In this document: piece by piece, positions 1 through 13,005 of the stretch
Position numbering within the stretch: position 1 is the first letter of the stretch
Layout: each line of letters begins with the position of its first letter
Assembly: GCF_006345805.1 (NCBI RefSeq)
Contig: NC_042998.1
Span: forward strand, 190,712,001-190,776,000
Direction of reading: 5' to 3'
From: Octopus sinensis
Taxonomy: Eukaryota
DNA: 64,000 bases
Position numbers and translations under genes: made by a program
Notes under the pieces: generated by a model
Databases searched by the model: none
Seen by the model: the letters and a program-made list of their open reading frames with translations, nothing else
What the model was told of the DNA's origin: nothing

Positions 1-429
1 GCTCAACCGCAAAAGCATTCGAAATAATACAACTATTGAACAGTAATACCGCAAACAGTAATACTCCAAACTAACTGCATGATGATTGTTCTAGAATTAT
101 CCCTAACTCTGCTGCCCAATGACTCTTTCAGAGTAAAATTAAGATATGCTTAAATATTGCGATCCTAGATTGGTTATTTTTTTTGTATACAGCGTGGAGA
201 AGGAGAATCTGACGTGTTTGGACCGAACGTTTATCTCAGAGGGTATTTTGCTCTCTTTATTTTTATGAAAAGGCAGTCCTGAAATATCAGATTGTTCTTC
301 TAACCACAGCATATGAACTTGCTCAAACAACATTGCTATAAAACTTTAGCCGATCCAGTCTACCACCAGTTTCCTCAGACTACATACCTACATACATACA
401 TATTTTAGTGGACTTCCAACCGGGACCAA

Positions 430-1030
430 GGCCTATATCAGTTCTACAAAAATATTAGGAAAGACACCTCGATAGGCTGCATGAAAAGACTTAAAGAATA
501 TTGAGATAAGAAACAATCACTGGCAACTACTAAAGCAGCACCCATTGTTACACCCAAAATTAAGTTATCAACAGGCATATTCGAGATTGATAGTTTATCT
601 GTAATGATTGTTTGAACTGGCAGTGAACTCCCTGTCAACTCTATTAACAAAATGCTAAGGCTACATGCTGGGGTATGCAGAAAAAAATAAAATTGATGTC
701 ACCCACATGCCACACTGTATCACTCAGACAACAGCTGCTGAACAGTAGAGAAAGAAATGAGTACATTACATGCATACTCAAAAGATGAGAACAACAACAT
801 CTTCAGAGTTGTAGAACTATAGAGTAGGTACTCTGAGAATACAACTATCTCAGGTGACCCCAAAAAGGCTAATTTGACCTTCTTCAACAGGAGCACGTGG
901 TAGAAGCAGGCATCATACCAATGAAAAGCAATGCATGAATACATATCCCAAAAGCTAGAGGATAACAAGTATTGACAAGGAGAGTAGCCTCTTCTGGATC
1001 TGTGATCTGGAGCTCTCTCAAGAACTCAAA
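430..1030 (+). mobile_element. Possible very decayed R4/Dong-like LINE fragment
   Basis: The frameshifted peptides (W)KAMHEY... and IDKESSLFW resemble the post-RT region of R4-clade elements. There are many stops. Confidence 0.35.
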
Positions 1031-1334
1031 TCTCAATGTGTGTGCGTAGACATAATAAATTTGTCAGCCTTTGGATAGGAATGTTTACTGCAATTGATTT
1101 AATATAACTTTATAAGATGCACAAAACTATTATATCATAGGACCCTAAGACACTTATTCAGCAGAAACACATGTTGGAATGTAATATGAAGAAAATGCTT
1201 TTTATTAAATAAATTTTAATGCTGTATAACTTTCCATTCTTCATTAGTACTCTACATGGAATCTATTGAAGCGAAGGTATATATTGTTTATGGCGAAGGT
1301 ATATATTGTTTATGGCGAAGGTATATATTGTTAT

Positions 1335-1562
1335 GGCGGTGAGCTGGCAGAAACATTAGCACGCCGGGCGAAATGCTTAGCGGTATTTCGTCTGCCGTTA
1401 CGTTCTTAGTTCAAATTCCGCCGAGGTCGACTTTGCCTTTCATCCTTTCGGGGTCGATAAATTAAGTACCAGTTACGCACCGGGATCGATGTAATCGACT
1501 TAATCCCTTTGTCTGTCCTTGTTGTCCCCTTGTGTTTAGCCCCATGTGGGCAATAAAGAAAT
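1335..1562 (+). mobile_element. SINE family 1 (ggcggtgagctggcag...aataaagaaat)
   Basis: Homologous to the copies at 53385 and 60205. It has a B-box-like gttcaaattcc and a TSD aggtatatattg(t)ttatg, whose right copy is at 1563-1580. Confidence 0.9.
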
Positions 1563-2939
1563 AGGTATATATTGTTTATGTTTGTAACGTCCTTGTTCAG
1601 GTGAGTTGGTTTGTGAAACAGTTTGTTTTAAACAACCTCAAACGATTACATATGTGACCTTAGCTCATAGAGAATGAGAGCTCATGCATACAGTGTTCTA
1701 TATTAGCCGAAATATCCACATTGTAGTTCCTGTACTTTATCTAGTGGCTTATAAGACAGAAACATTATAAATATACCTAATTTTTGCAGGCTCTTTCTTG
1801 AACCACTCCTTTCAGTAACTCAAAACCTAACCTGATGTTTATAAGACATAAGTTGATTTTGTGGAACATATTTTTCTTTTGGAGAAAGTGCCCCTCACAA
1901 GGCATTAACTACAATTTTAATTTTTACATCTTTTCCTTTCTTATCTTATTTTCTCTTATGATTCAGAGCTAATGTTCAAGAAATTATTTCTTAGTAATGC
2001 ATGAAATTTATTTATATTTTTGAATTTTACCATTAATGAAAGAACTGATTTCTAACAAAGAAGCAAAAATCTCTAACTCGAGCTTACATAACAGCAACGA
2101 TCAAAAGCTATGGAAATTTAGAAAAGCTTCATATTTTTACTGTTTTGTTTGAAAATTGAAAACCCATTTTATTTGTAATTACCACTTAAACATTAATTGA
2201 CATAACCAAGTGTTAAAATAATTATTGGTACAAATGTAAATTTGTTAATTGGGTAGAGAAGCTATGTTTCGAAATGGTTTTTCATATATTCTCTTTCTCA
2301 GTGATTTCTAATGAAATGTTCACATTTGCAGAACAGCTGAGCTCTGTAAACTCCATATTATTGTTTTTCTGTCCTTCAAGATGTAGCATACCTATTTGTG
2401 GTGGTGGTGATTTGTGTGCATGTGTGTGTGTGATTGTGTGCATTTCTGAATATGTTTATGTGTATGTTGATAATACTATCAACATTTCCTTTACTACATT
2501 CTCCATGTGCACTAATCTGATGCAGATTCAAATTCAAACTGTATTCTGAACTATAGATCTGGCCCACTAGTAAGGCACAAGGAGACAACTGGTAAATTGG
2601 TCTAATGAAGAAATGTATAGATTTGGTATCTATTTATGATATCTATGTGGGCTGAGCACAGTTGTGTTGAAAATGACTTTTGAACTTGTGGATTCGAATG
2701 ATATAAAATGTCTTTAATGAAATTTGGATAGGATGTCCAACATCTTCACCATTTTGCATTTACACACCGGGCTGGTTTTACTCTGCAAATGAACAATAAA
2801 CAATGTAATATTATTGTACACTTGGAAAGGAGAAAAATATACCCTACAACACCTGTATGTATGCATGTCTATGTATATATGTGTGTGAATGTAAATGTGT
2901 GTATGTGAGTGTATATGTGTGTAGTATGTTCTGTCTCGT

Positions 2940-3400
2940 TGCTGGCCTCAACACCTTGCTCACCTTGCTAAGACAGCGTCGGCTGTGCTGGCTTGGCCAC
3001 GTTCGCCGTATGGAGGATAGTCGGATCCCAAAGGATGTCCTCTTCGGAGAGCTTGTCGGAGGGCGGAGAAACGTTGGCCGCCAGAAGCTGAGGTACAGGG
3101 ACGTGTGCAGGAGGGATATGAAGGCACTTGGCATCAACACCAATTCCTGGGAGGCTCTCGCAGCCGACCGAACCAGCTGGAGAGGCACTCTTCACAAACA
3201 ACTGCAGACCAGCGAAGAGAATTTGAGGGTGGCGGAAGATGAAAACCGAGCCCGCAGAAAAGAAATGACAGCCAACAGACCGGATTCAACGTATAGGTGT
3301 GACCTCTGCAAACGAGACGCATCGGTCTCTACAGCCACAGGAGGCGTTGCAAAAAACTGAATAGACAACTCAACGGACGGATGACATCATCCATGGTCAG
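2940..3400 (+). mobile_element. RTE-clade LINE 3' fragment
   Basis: LRQRRLCWLGHVRRMEDSRIPKDVLFGEL..GRRNVGRQKLRYRDVCRRDMKALGI..WEALAADRTSWR is the typical RTE C-terminal region. Confidence 0.9.
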
Positions 3401-3403
3401 CCT

Positions 3404-3597
3404 CGTGTGTACCGTTGGCAATTTCTTTTCCCTCTGTCTCCCCTTCTCTAGATCTTTCCTTCTCCTATGTTTCCGACGAAAAGCTCCGCTCGAAACGTTA
3501 AACCCTCCTTCTTTCCTGAGCGTCCAATAATACTATATTTGTTCCACGTCCTCGTGTTGTTGTGTTTTTTTGTGCTTTCTTGTTTGGATTAACTTTA
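3404..3597 (+). mobile_element. Short Penelope-type terminal-repeat remnant with a hammerhead-like motif at 3469-3503
   Basis: Reads gttt-CCGACGA-A-aagc tcc gctc-GAAA-CG-T-T-aaac, with stem I gttt/aaac and an ACGT palindrome. The 3' end abuts (TA)n. Confidence 0.6.
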
Positions 3598-3602
3598 CAT
3601 AT

Positions 3603-3664
<62 letters not shown>

Positions 3665-3679
3665 ATGTAGATATATATA

Positions 3680-4675
3680 TCTGGTGAATATGGAGGGTGG
3701 GGTAACACATCCCAGCCGAGCTGCGGCAATTTTTGTCTGGTTCCCAAAAAACGTGCGGTCTTGCATTATCATGTTGGAAAACAACACCCTTCCTGTTGGC
3801 CAATTCTGGACGTTTCTCTTGAATTGCTGCTTTTAACTCGTCAAGTTGTGTGCAGTATTTCTCAGAATTAATTGTCTGGTTACTTGGGAGAAGCTCATAG
3901 TACAGAATCCCTTTCCAATCCCACCAGACACAAAGAAAGTCTTTTTTAGGGTGAAGACCCGCTTTTGGGGTGGCTAAGCGTGGCTCATGTCGCTTACTAC
4001 AGGATCACTTTCTCTGAACATTTCGGTAGATAATCCATTTCTAATCACCTGTCACAATTTGCTTTAAAAAAGGCGCGTTTTCATTCTGTTTATAAAGCGA
4101 ATCCCAGGTAGAAATACGATCCAAAAGGTTCTTCTCACTGAACTCATGTGGTACCCAAACATCGTAGCGATTTGTGTACCCAAGCTTTACCAGGTGCTCA
4201 TGAACGACGCATTTTGATAGGTTGAGGCTTCCTGACAATTCTCGGGTTGTGCAATTCTCAATTAATGACTTGATTTGGTCATCGTCTGTAGTGGATGGTC
4301 TGCCTGATCGCTCTTTATAAATAAGGCTACAATCTCCAGCTCGGAACCTTGCGAACAACTTCCGTAGAGTTCTTTCGAATAAAGAAACATCACCATAAAC
4401 TGCGCATATTTCTTTGGTTGCTTGTGAAGCAGTTTTCCCTTTACGGAAAAGAAAAGCATCGAGTGCCGAAAATGAACTTTCTTATCTTCCATTTGAAAGG
4501 GTAACAGAATTAACACAGGTTATAGGAACATAAACCTTCTTCCACGAAAAGATAGCTTAAACTGTGCTCTAAATGGAGGTGTTGTCAAATCCTATTTTAT
4601 GAACTCAACCATGTTCTAAAATTAGTCGAAAGATAAGCTACTATAAATCGGCACGATCTTTCCGGACAACCCAAT
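3680..4675 (-). mobile_element. mariner transposon relic, 3'-truncated, with a disrupted transposase
   Basis: The 5' TIR-like sequence tattgggttgtccggaaagatcgtgccgattt lies at about 4645-4675 next to TA, and the ATG is at 4492. Motifs WVPHE, IVTGD, LHPKK, HDNARPH and PHPPYSPD are spread across frameshifts. The element is cut off at (TA)n. Confidence 0.92.
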
Positions 4676-4731
4676 ATATATATATATATATATATAGATA
4701 TATATATATATATATATACATATATATATTA

Positions 4732-4794
<63 letters not shown>

Positions 4795-4844
4795 CATACA
4801 TAAATTCAGCAAATTTTTCTTGCATATATATATATACATATATA

Positions 4845-6070
4845 CAAGAGGGTGTATGAAAAGTTTTGAGCCTAACTTAGAAACGGGGCTGCTAGATAGC
4901 TGAAACAATTTTTCTGGTAAGTACAGTCTTTTTGGAGTATTCTTGTTCATTTTTCATGATTCTGATATTTTATTTTTATCGGTTGCAGATTTTTGAATAA
5001 ACAAGAGTCAAGGTTACAAGGAAATAGGAGAAAACTGTGTATCGCGCTGTCATAAAGTACCTTCATTTGAAAGGCATGACTCCATCAGAAATCCATGAAG
5101 ATATGGTGAGAATCTTAACAGACAATGATCATTCATATGCAACAGTCAAACGCTGGGTAAATGAATTCAAGTGTGGCAGGGAGAGTGTGGAAGATGATCC
5201 CAACCCAGAGAGACCTCCAACTGCAACCACCAAGGAAAACCTTAACCTTGCTCTTGGTATGATAATGCAAGATCGCCGAATTTCATGTCATCAGATATCC
5301 GAAAGACTGGGCATCTCAATTGATAGAGCAGACAACATTGTGACAAAAGAACTTGGGTTCTCAAAGGTTTCCACAAGGTAGGTTCCTCGCCTTTTGAATT
5401 CTGAACAGAAACGCACCAGGTGCTCTTTGTCCACGAGCAATCTGGAACTGTTTGAAGCCGATGAAGAGAATGTTTTTGCTCGTTTCATTGCTATGGACGA
5501 AAGTTGGGTTTATCACTACCAAAGAACAATCAAAGCAGGGGAAGCACACATCTTCAACTACGCCAAAGAAGGCCAAGGTAATTCCTTCAGCTGGCATGGT
5601 CATACTGTCCGTTTTTGGGGGTTCTCAAGGTGTCTTGCTGATCTATTACCTCCTGTGACAGGATTGTATTATTCTCAGCTACTGAAACGCCTCCGAGAAG
5701 CTATCAAAGAAAAAAAGGCCAGGAATGCTCACCAGATGAGTTTTTTTATCATCACGACACTACTCTAACCCTCACCTCAGTGGTTACCTTGGCATCAATT
5801 TGTGATTGTGGATATGAACTTGTTCCCCATCCGCCTAATTCACCAGACTTAGCCCCCTCTGATAATCATCTTTTCCCCAAAATGAAAAAAAGCCCTCGAT
5901 GGCTGAACACTTTCTCCAGCGGTGTCTAAGCGCCATTACCCTGTTGTAGAAGAAAATTACCCTCCAAGAAAATTCCTACAGCGTCTATGACGTCATCGTC
6001 ACTAGCAAAATGGCGACCAGCCAGGGCTTTTTTCATTTTTGGGAACAGATGAATGTCAAAGGGGACTAAG
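4845..6070 (+). mobile_element. Second mariner relic from a different subfamily, with stops, frameshifts and an inverted 3' end
   Basis: The start tacaagagggtgtatgaaaagttttgagcct is TIR-like. Peptides include YRAVIKYLHLKG, R*VPRLL, FIAMDESWVYHY and PHPPNSPDLAPSD. The C-terminal GRHFASDDDVIDAV...RWRKC is on the minus strand at about 5895-6065. Confidence 0.9.
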
Positions 6071-6344
6071 AGAGTTATTATGCCAATGATGATGAAGAAA
6101 AAATATGTAACATCATTTGGAGCATTTTAAGCAAAAGTACCTTTGAAAGTAATGCATGTATCTTGGAAGAACTTTGTGAGTGATGTTGAAGTCTTGTTGC
6201 ATCTTATTAGCAAGTAGCAGTCATATAGCCCTATTAAATAGTTAGTTTCTATCATGTTCATTATGTATGTATGCATGCATGCATGCATGGCCATATATTG
6301 ACAAACCTAGATGTATATATATGCATGTACATTTATATGTATGT

Positions 6345-6386
6345 ATATTTATACATATGTATATAAGTATGTAATTATGTGTGTGA

Positions 6387-6442
<56 letters not shown>

Positions 6443-6444
6443 AT

Positions 6445-6485
<41 letters not shown>

Positions 6486-6855
6486 GCTGAATAACATTAA
6501 AACAGTCTGGTTCTCACGTTTTTCATTGTGGTATTTTACTAAAATTAACGCTTGCATACATGGTGTAATCATCAGATTTCAAATGTGTTTAACTGACAGT
6601 TGAGTTCTTGACAACACTAGTACCTCTTAGAATGATCCAATCAAATGAATTTTTAGTATACCTTTTTGATAAATCTGCATGTTCTTAAACATCATTTGAA
6701 ATTTGATGAGTACGCTATTTATGAAAGCGCTAATTTTGTTAAAATATAATATAAAAAAAACGTGAAAAACAGAATATGTTTTAACTTTATTTTAACTAAT
6801 ACATTATTCTATATGCATTCACACAAATTCGAAACAATATATATAATATATATAT

Positions 6856-6889
<34 letters not shown>

Positions 6890-6906
6890 ATATATATATA
6901 TATATA

Positions 6907-6941
<35 letters not shown>

Positions 6942-7410
6942 TCGAATTTGTGTGAATGCATATAGAATAATGTATTAGTTAAAATAAAGTTAAAACATAT
7001 TCTGTTTTTCACGTTTTTTTTATTATAGTATTTTAACAAAATTAGCGCTTTCATAAATAGCGTACTCATCAAATTTCAAATGATGTTTAAGAACATGCAG
7101 ATTTATCAAAAAGGTATACTAAAAATTCATTTGATTGGATCATTCTAAGAGGTACTAGTGTTGTCAAGAACTCAACTGTCAGTTAAACACATTTGAAATC
7201 TGATGATTACACCATGTATGCAAGCGTTAATTTTAGTAAAATACCACAATGAAAAACGTGAGAACCAGACTGTTTTAATTTTATTCAGCTAACACACACA
7301 ACACACACACACACACACACACACAACACACATATATATATATATATATATATAATATATATATATATACATTCACACACATAATTACATACTTATATAC
7401 ATATGTATAT
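6345..7410. repeat. Large fold-back inverted repeat centred on (TA)n at 6838-6936
   Basis: The unique sequence 6482-6837 is a near-exact reverse complement of 6937-7292, and the flanking microsatellites are mirrored too. Confidence 0.9.
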
Positions 7411-7453
7411 ATGTATGTATGTATATATGTATATAAGTTTATATATACATATG

Positions 7454-7715
7454 TGGAGGCACACGAGCCCAGTGGTTAGGGCTGCAGACCCTCGGACGTA
7501 GGATCGCGGTTTCGATTCCCAGATTGGGCGTTGTGAGTGTTTATTGAGCGAAAACACCTAAAGCTCCACAACTTTCTCTCACTCTTTCTTCTGTTGGCCT
7601 GCTCGCTTAGCCAGCGGGGTGGCGTCATTTGAAGGCTAAAACAATGCGAAGCACATTGTGACCAGCGATGCGTAGCAACATCTGATAACCTGGTCGGTCA
7701 CGGTGATCACGGTGT
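7454..7715 (+). mobile_element. tRNA-derived SINE family 2, tail type A
   Basis: A-box-like cccagtggttagg and B-box-like ggtttcgattccc. The 13-bp TSD tatatacatatgt is at 7442-7454 and 7716-7728. Confidence 0.88.
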
Positions 7716-8439
7716 TATATACATATGTATATATATACACACACACACATATAATTGTCTAAAATATATCTTGAATGTATATAATTAAATCGTGGGTAAA
7801 ACCATGATGCTGTTAGCATGAAACACCTTAGTCATTTGCTCTGGCTAGTTAATCTCCTCAAATAACATGACAAACAAATATATACATCAGTATATATGTG
7901 TGTGTATGCCTGTTTTTGAATATTTATATATGGGTATCTGTGTATGTGTGTGCGTGTATTCATGTATTCATGTTTCCATTTCACTTACTGCCACTACAAG
8001 GATTTCGTTATGGCATCTGACATTATTACATTTTCACAAAGGGTAATTTTTCCTTTCTGCTGAGTTTGTAGAGAAAAATGTCTGTTGTATGGATTTATGA
8101 CTGATATTTAGCTGTATTATGTGTCAGCTTTAAGAAGATTTGTTGTATTAATCTGTAAGACTTAACAGTCAATACTTGCTATGATTAAGAATTATTTATT
8201 TCTGAATCTTGAATTGTGGAAACAGGAAGCTATGAAATATTTATGGCTGTGAGAACAATGTATTTTTTGTTTCCTATTATCTTTAAAATTTTCATTTTTT
8301 TTTTATTGAATTCGTATAGTGATCTTCAGAAATTATACACAACTGTTTATGTATAATTTAAGCATGTATAATTTGGTTGGATATATCAGAATTACTTTTG
8401 ATGTAATTTAATTTGGTTGTTGAATTATTATATTCTATA

Positions 8440-8826
8440 GCGTGGAGGCGCAATGGCCCAGTGGTTAGGGCAGCGGACTCGCGGTCATAGGATCGCGGTT
8501 TCGATTCCCAGACCGGGCGTTGTGAGTGTTTATTGAGCGAAAATACCTAAAGCTCCACGAGGCTCCGGCAGGGGATGGTGGTGATCCCTTCTGTACTCTC
8601 TCACCACAACTTTCTCTCACTCTTACTTCCTGTTTCTGTTGTACCTGTATTTCAAAGGGCCGGCCTTGTCACTCTCCTGTGTCACGCTGAATATCCCCGA
8701 GAACTACGTTAAGGGTACAGGTGTCTGTGGAGTGCTCAGCCACTTACACGTTAATTTCACGAGCAGGCTGTTCCGTTGATTCGGATCAAACGGAACCCTC
8801 GTCGTCGTAACCGACGGAGTGCTTCC
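8440..8826 (+). mobile_element. tRNA-derived SINE family 2, tail type B
   Basis: Same head as the copy at 7454. Imperfect TSD atatt(ct/cc)atagc at about 8430 and 8827. Confidence 0.88.
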
Positions 8827-9879
8827 ATATTCCATAGCTGAATTAGTTCTCTGATACTACAAATAAAATTTACTAAAATTCCAATAAAACTACTTATGCA
8901 AAAAATGGTTTACTTATTTAAAATTGGATAAGCCAATAAGTATATGCCCTCAGAATTTTGAAAATCTAACATTTCAATCAGGGCCCTTTGCCAGGGAAAA
9001 GAAATATTAGGAGACCCTTTCTGAAATGTTAGTATTCACTGTTCTCCATTGATATCTTTTCGTTATTCAGTGCCTTAATCAAAGTAGAGAGAAAGAAAGA
9101 GAGAGATGTGTCTAGGATTCTTCTCAAGTCTTCCATAATTGGTGGGCATAATTTATCCTCAAACTGCAAACCTGGCCTGTATGTTTGCAACAGAGTGAAG
9201 TCCACAGCAAGGCACCTATGCAACTACATGGCAGTTTTGTAATTCATTAAAAGTATACATTTAATGAATGGATAAACACATAAATACACCATAGTAAGGT
9301 CAAAAAGGGAACTGTTCTCTGTAGATTTAGATGAAGAGAAGCTCTAAGCCATTCCACTTGTAAGGCCCTTTCCAGCCTCACCCTCCATGACTGGAATTGT
9401 ATATATACCGTGGCTGATTGCCTTTTAGATTTTGTAACCCTAGGCTTTGTCTTCCCACTTCTCAGCTTGTTCATAATAGCAGTCTTTGTAAAATCTCTTT
9501 AGAACCATTTACCTGTGACTATTATATTACTTGAATTGTAACTGGAATAATTTCAATGTTATTTCTATTAATTCTATTTCAAATAGTAAAATAATTGTCA
9601 ATATGTTCTCTGCAGATTTCTTTACTACGTGCTAAAATAAATATGACAAGAGTTAAAACATGTCTGTGGTTGATTGATATAATTATGTTTCTCAGATACA
9701 TTTTGAGACTCCTTTCAAAAAATTCTACATACTTCTTTCATGTCTGAGTTCATTTTTTCAGTGTACTCAAAATGAATGCAAAATGTACTTTAACTAAAGT
9801 ATTTCATGAAGATTTAATCAAAATGTTCCATATTTTGTTCATAAACATTCTCTTCTTAACTGAATATTATGAATTACTT

Positions 9880-10235
9880 ACTTCATTATATTTCGTTTTT
9901 GGATTTGGTTTGCAAGATTCTTTATATGAGTTCGTGTGTTGAAGCATATTCTGTTGTGTCTGGGTGAGCCATTTTCTTTTTGTGCCTTATAATGTAACAC
10001 ATTCACTGGTAAAATTTCCATTTTTTTCTTATTTTTATTTTCCTAAAATTTTCGTTGCGTCTTGCAAACTTTTCAATAGATTTTTTCAATAGTTTCAAAA
10101 CTATTGAAAAGGTTGCAAGACACAATGAAAATTTTAGGAAAATAAAAATAAGGAAAAAGTGGAAATTTTACCTGTGAGTCTGTTACATTATAAGGCACAA
10201 AAAGAAAATGACTCTCCCCAGACACAACAGAATAT
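9880..10235. mobile_element. Inverted pair of Penelope-type terminal repeats (arms about 9946-10079 and 10101-10235) with U3-A8 hammerhead-like motifs
   Basis: Imperfect inverted repeat with arms of about 135 bp. The two-arm consensus is cta-TTGAAAA-G-GTTGC aagac GCAAC-GAAA-ATT-T-tag. Confidence 0.65.
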
Positions 10236-12299
10236 TAATTCATTATGTATTTGATAATATTAATGTTTTGTTAGTATTTGAACATGAAAATTAATATTTA
10301 TATATTTACTCTTTGTTTGGAGGGAGATCTCTTTGTTACCTATGGAAAACAAATGATGTAATCTGCAGAAGCTAAAAATAAAAAGAGAAAGAATCCCTCT
10401 TTGAACCAATAAAGCTTCTTGTCCCTGATCTCTAGAAATAACAATAGCAATGAAATTTCTTGCAAATCTTACTTCACCATCTTAAAAATATTAACATATT
10501 TGTGCATGAACATCAACTTGCTATAAACCACTTACTGGATATGATATAAGATGTGAACCATATAAAATGTTTTCTTTAAGTTGTGAGCAAAAGTGTTGTG
10601 TGTGATATCTAATCAATATAACACCTGTTATCATTCCTATCCTAAGATGTTCTCACTGCAGCAGTAACATATTACAATTTTCACATTTTTGAAAAAAAAA
10701 AAAATTTTTTTGAAGAAATTTGATTAGTATTTTTTTTTTTTTTTTTGGTCTATTTACACAAACATACAAATTGAATACATTTTCCAATCTCTTCAGAAAA
10801 TTAGGTTTGTTTGACTGTTGGAAATAATTGATAAAACAATTGAATAGAAAGCAGTCTTTTTCACTTTATTATCCCTTCGGTGAATAGAGAGCATAAGTTT
10901 TTAAAGAGTCTCAACGGAGAAAGTCTCCAAAGGTTTACAATAAAGAATAGTGTTAATTAAAATATTAATTAATTGATGATAACAGTCATTACTGGGTTGC
11001 CTGTTGTCTAAATTACGATTATCATTTTCATTATCATTGGTATTATAATGAATAGTTGTCACTTGTCTTCACTATTGCTATTCTAGAAATAATTATATAA
11101 TGATAGGTGAAACAATTAAGACCATTGCTGGTGGTTATGAAGTTTTAAACAACAACAAAAACAAGATAGTTCCGCTTAAAGAGTGTAAGAAGTCCAATGA
11201 GAAAAACATACTCTTTGAGCGGTTTCTTTTTTCTCTATATAATAACATATTTTTAATTAAGAAAAAGGTCTCTTATTTTTTGCTTTTAAAAAAGTAGGAT
11301 TTAAAAAAAAACTATTCTGAGTAAGAGAAAATGATATTTCTTACAAAGAATTTTCTTTTCGACCATTTTTTTTTTTTAATCTCTTAGATTATAAAAAGAA
11401 ATCTGTACACACTCCCATTGCATGTGTGAGTTGTAGAGTTGAGTCGCCATCAACACGACTATAATAAGGCGAGTGTTTGTGTAAGCCATGGCAGAATGGT
11501 TATAATATTAGTCATGGTGGGAGAAAGGGTCTTAATGCCAGTTTCAGCTTGGCCTAGTGGCAAACACTGCATTCCTTCAGATCATTGAAGTTGAACAATG
11601 CCAAGCCAGGGTTGTACTTGGTTCAATGGCTATTTTCAAAGGCCATCTAAGTACTAGCAAGGTGTTGTATGTAAACAACTTAACCATGCTTTCCTTTTTT
11701 TGGAAGAGTAAAACCAGCCCCTGCAAAAGTTGTGATAGATCAAAAGGGTTTAATATCAGCTATGTATAAATAAAGGATTTTGTTATAAGATGTGGTAAAA
11801 CAAAGGCTTCTAATATCAGCCATAGTAGACCAAAAGGGTTTTTATAATAGCAGTCTATATATATTACTCTTTTTTTCTGCCATTTGCTTCTCAAATGGAA
11901 AAAAGAAGAAACTCAAAGAAAAACATGATCAGATCAGCTGTAATACAGTTAAAGGGTCAAATTGTATTCATATTTTAAAAGTGGGGGAAAATTTAACTGC
12001 ATATTTTATTTTCAGTGATCTAGTTTTTCTGTAACACATTCAAAATTAGTTATGTATAGTCATGCAATAAATATGCATGGGCATTTCAAGAAACATAATC
12101 ATTCACGCATATGTGCACATGTGAATGTGCACACACTAGCAAGCATACATGCATACATGCAAATCTTCATACACTCTCGCACATATACGTAATACATACA
12201 TTAATATGTTAAGATATATGGATATAGAAAACAAAATTAACTGTGAGAGATGGCATGCGTAAGAACATAATTACAATATACTTTTATACAGAGTTATAT

Positions 12300-12798
12300 A
12301 CATACATACACACACACACATATATACACACACATGTATTTACATGTGTGTGTGTATATATATATTATATATATATATATATAATATATATTATAATATA
12401 TATATAATATATATATATGTATATGTATATATATTGTATGCATATGTGTGCATATAGTATGATATATAGTATAGTTGTATATAATTATATGTGCAACATA
12501 TATCTGTATTTATAGATGTATACATGCACATGTGCATATATGCAAATCCATACAAATAGGCTCACACATACATACACATACATCATTTATACCTATGTAT
12601 AATATACACACACACATATATGCATGTGCTTACATATGTATCTGTATATACATATATATGTATGTATGTATATGTATGCATGTATATATATACACACACA
12701 CACAGACACACACCTATGCATATATCTATATGTATATACATACGTTATATGTAAATATAGTAAATATATGTATATGTGTGTGTGTGAGTGTATGTATG

Positions 12799-12862
<64 letters not shown>

Positions 12863-12973
12863 TATATATTATGTATATATATATTATATGTATATATATA
12901 TGTATATATATATATATGCATTATATATATGTATATATATATATATATGTATATATATATGTATATATATATG

Positions 12974-13005
<32 letters not shown>

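Noticed and set aside
5985-6022. Promoter-like TGACGTCA (CRE) and AAAATGGCG (YY1) motifs
   Set aside because: They are simply the reverse complement of the mariner coding sequence GRHFASDDDVI.
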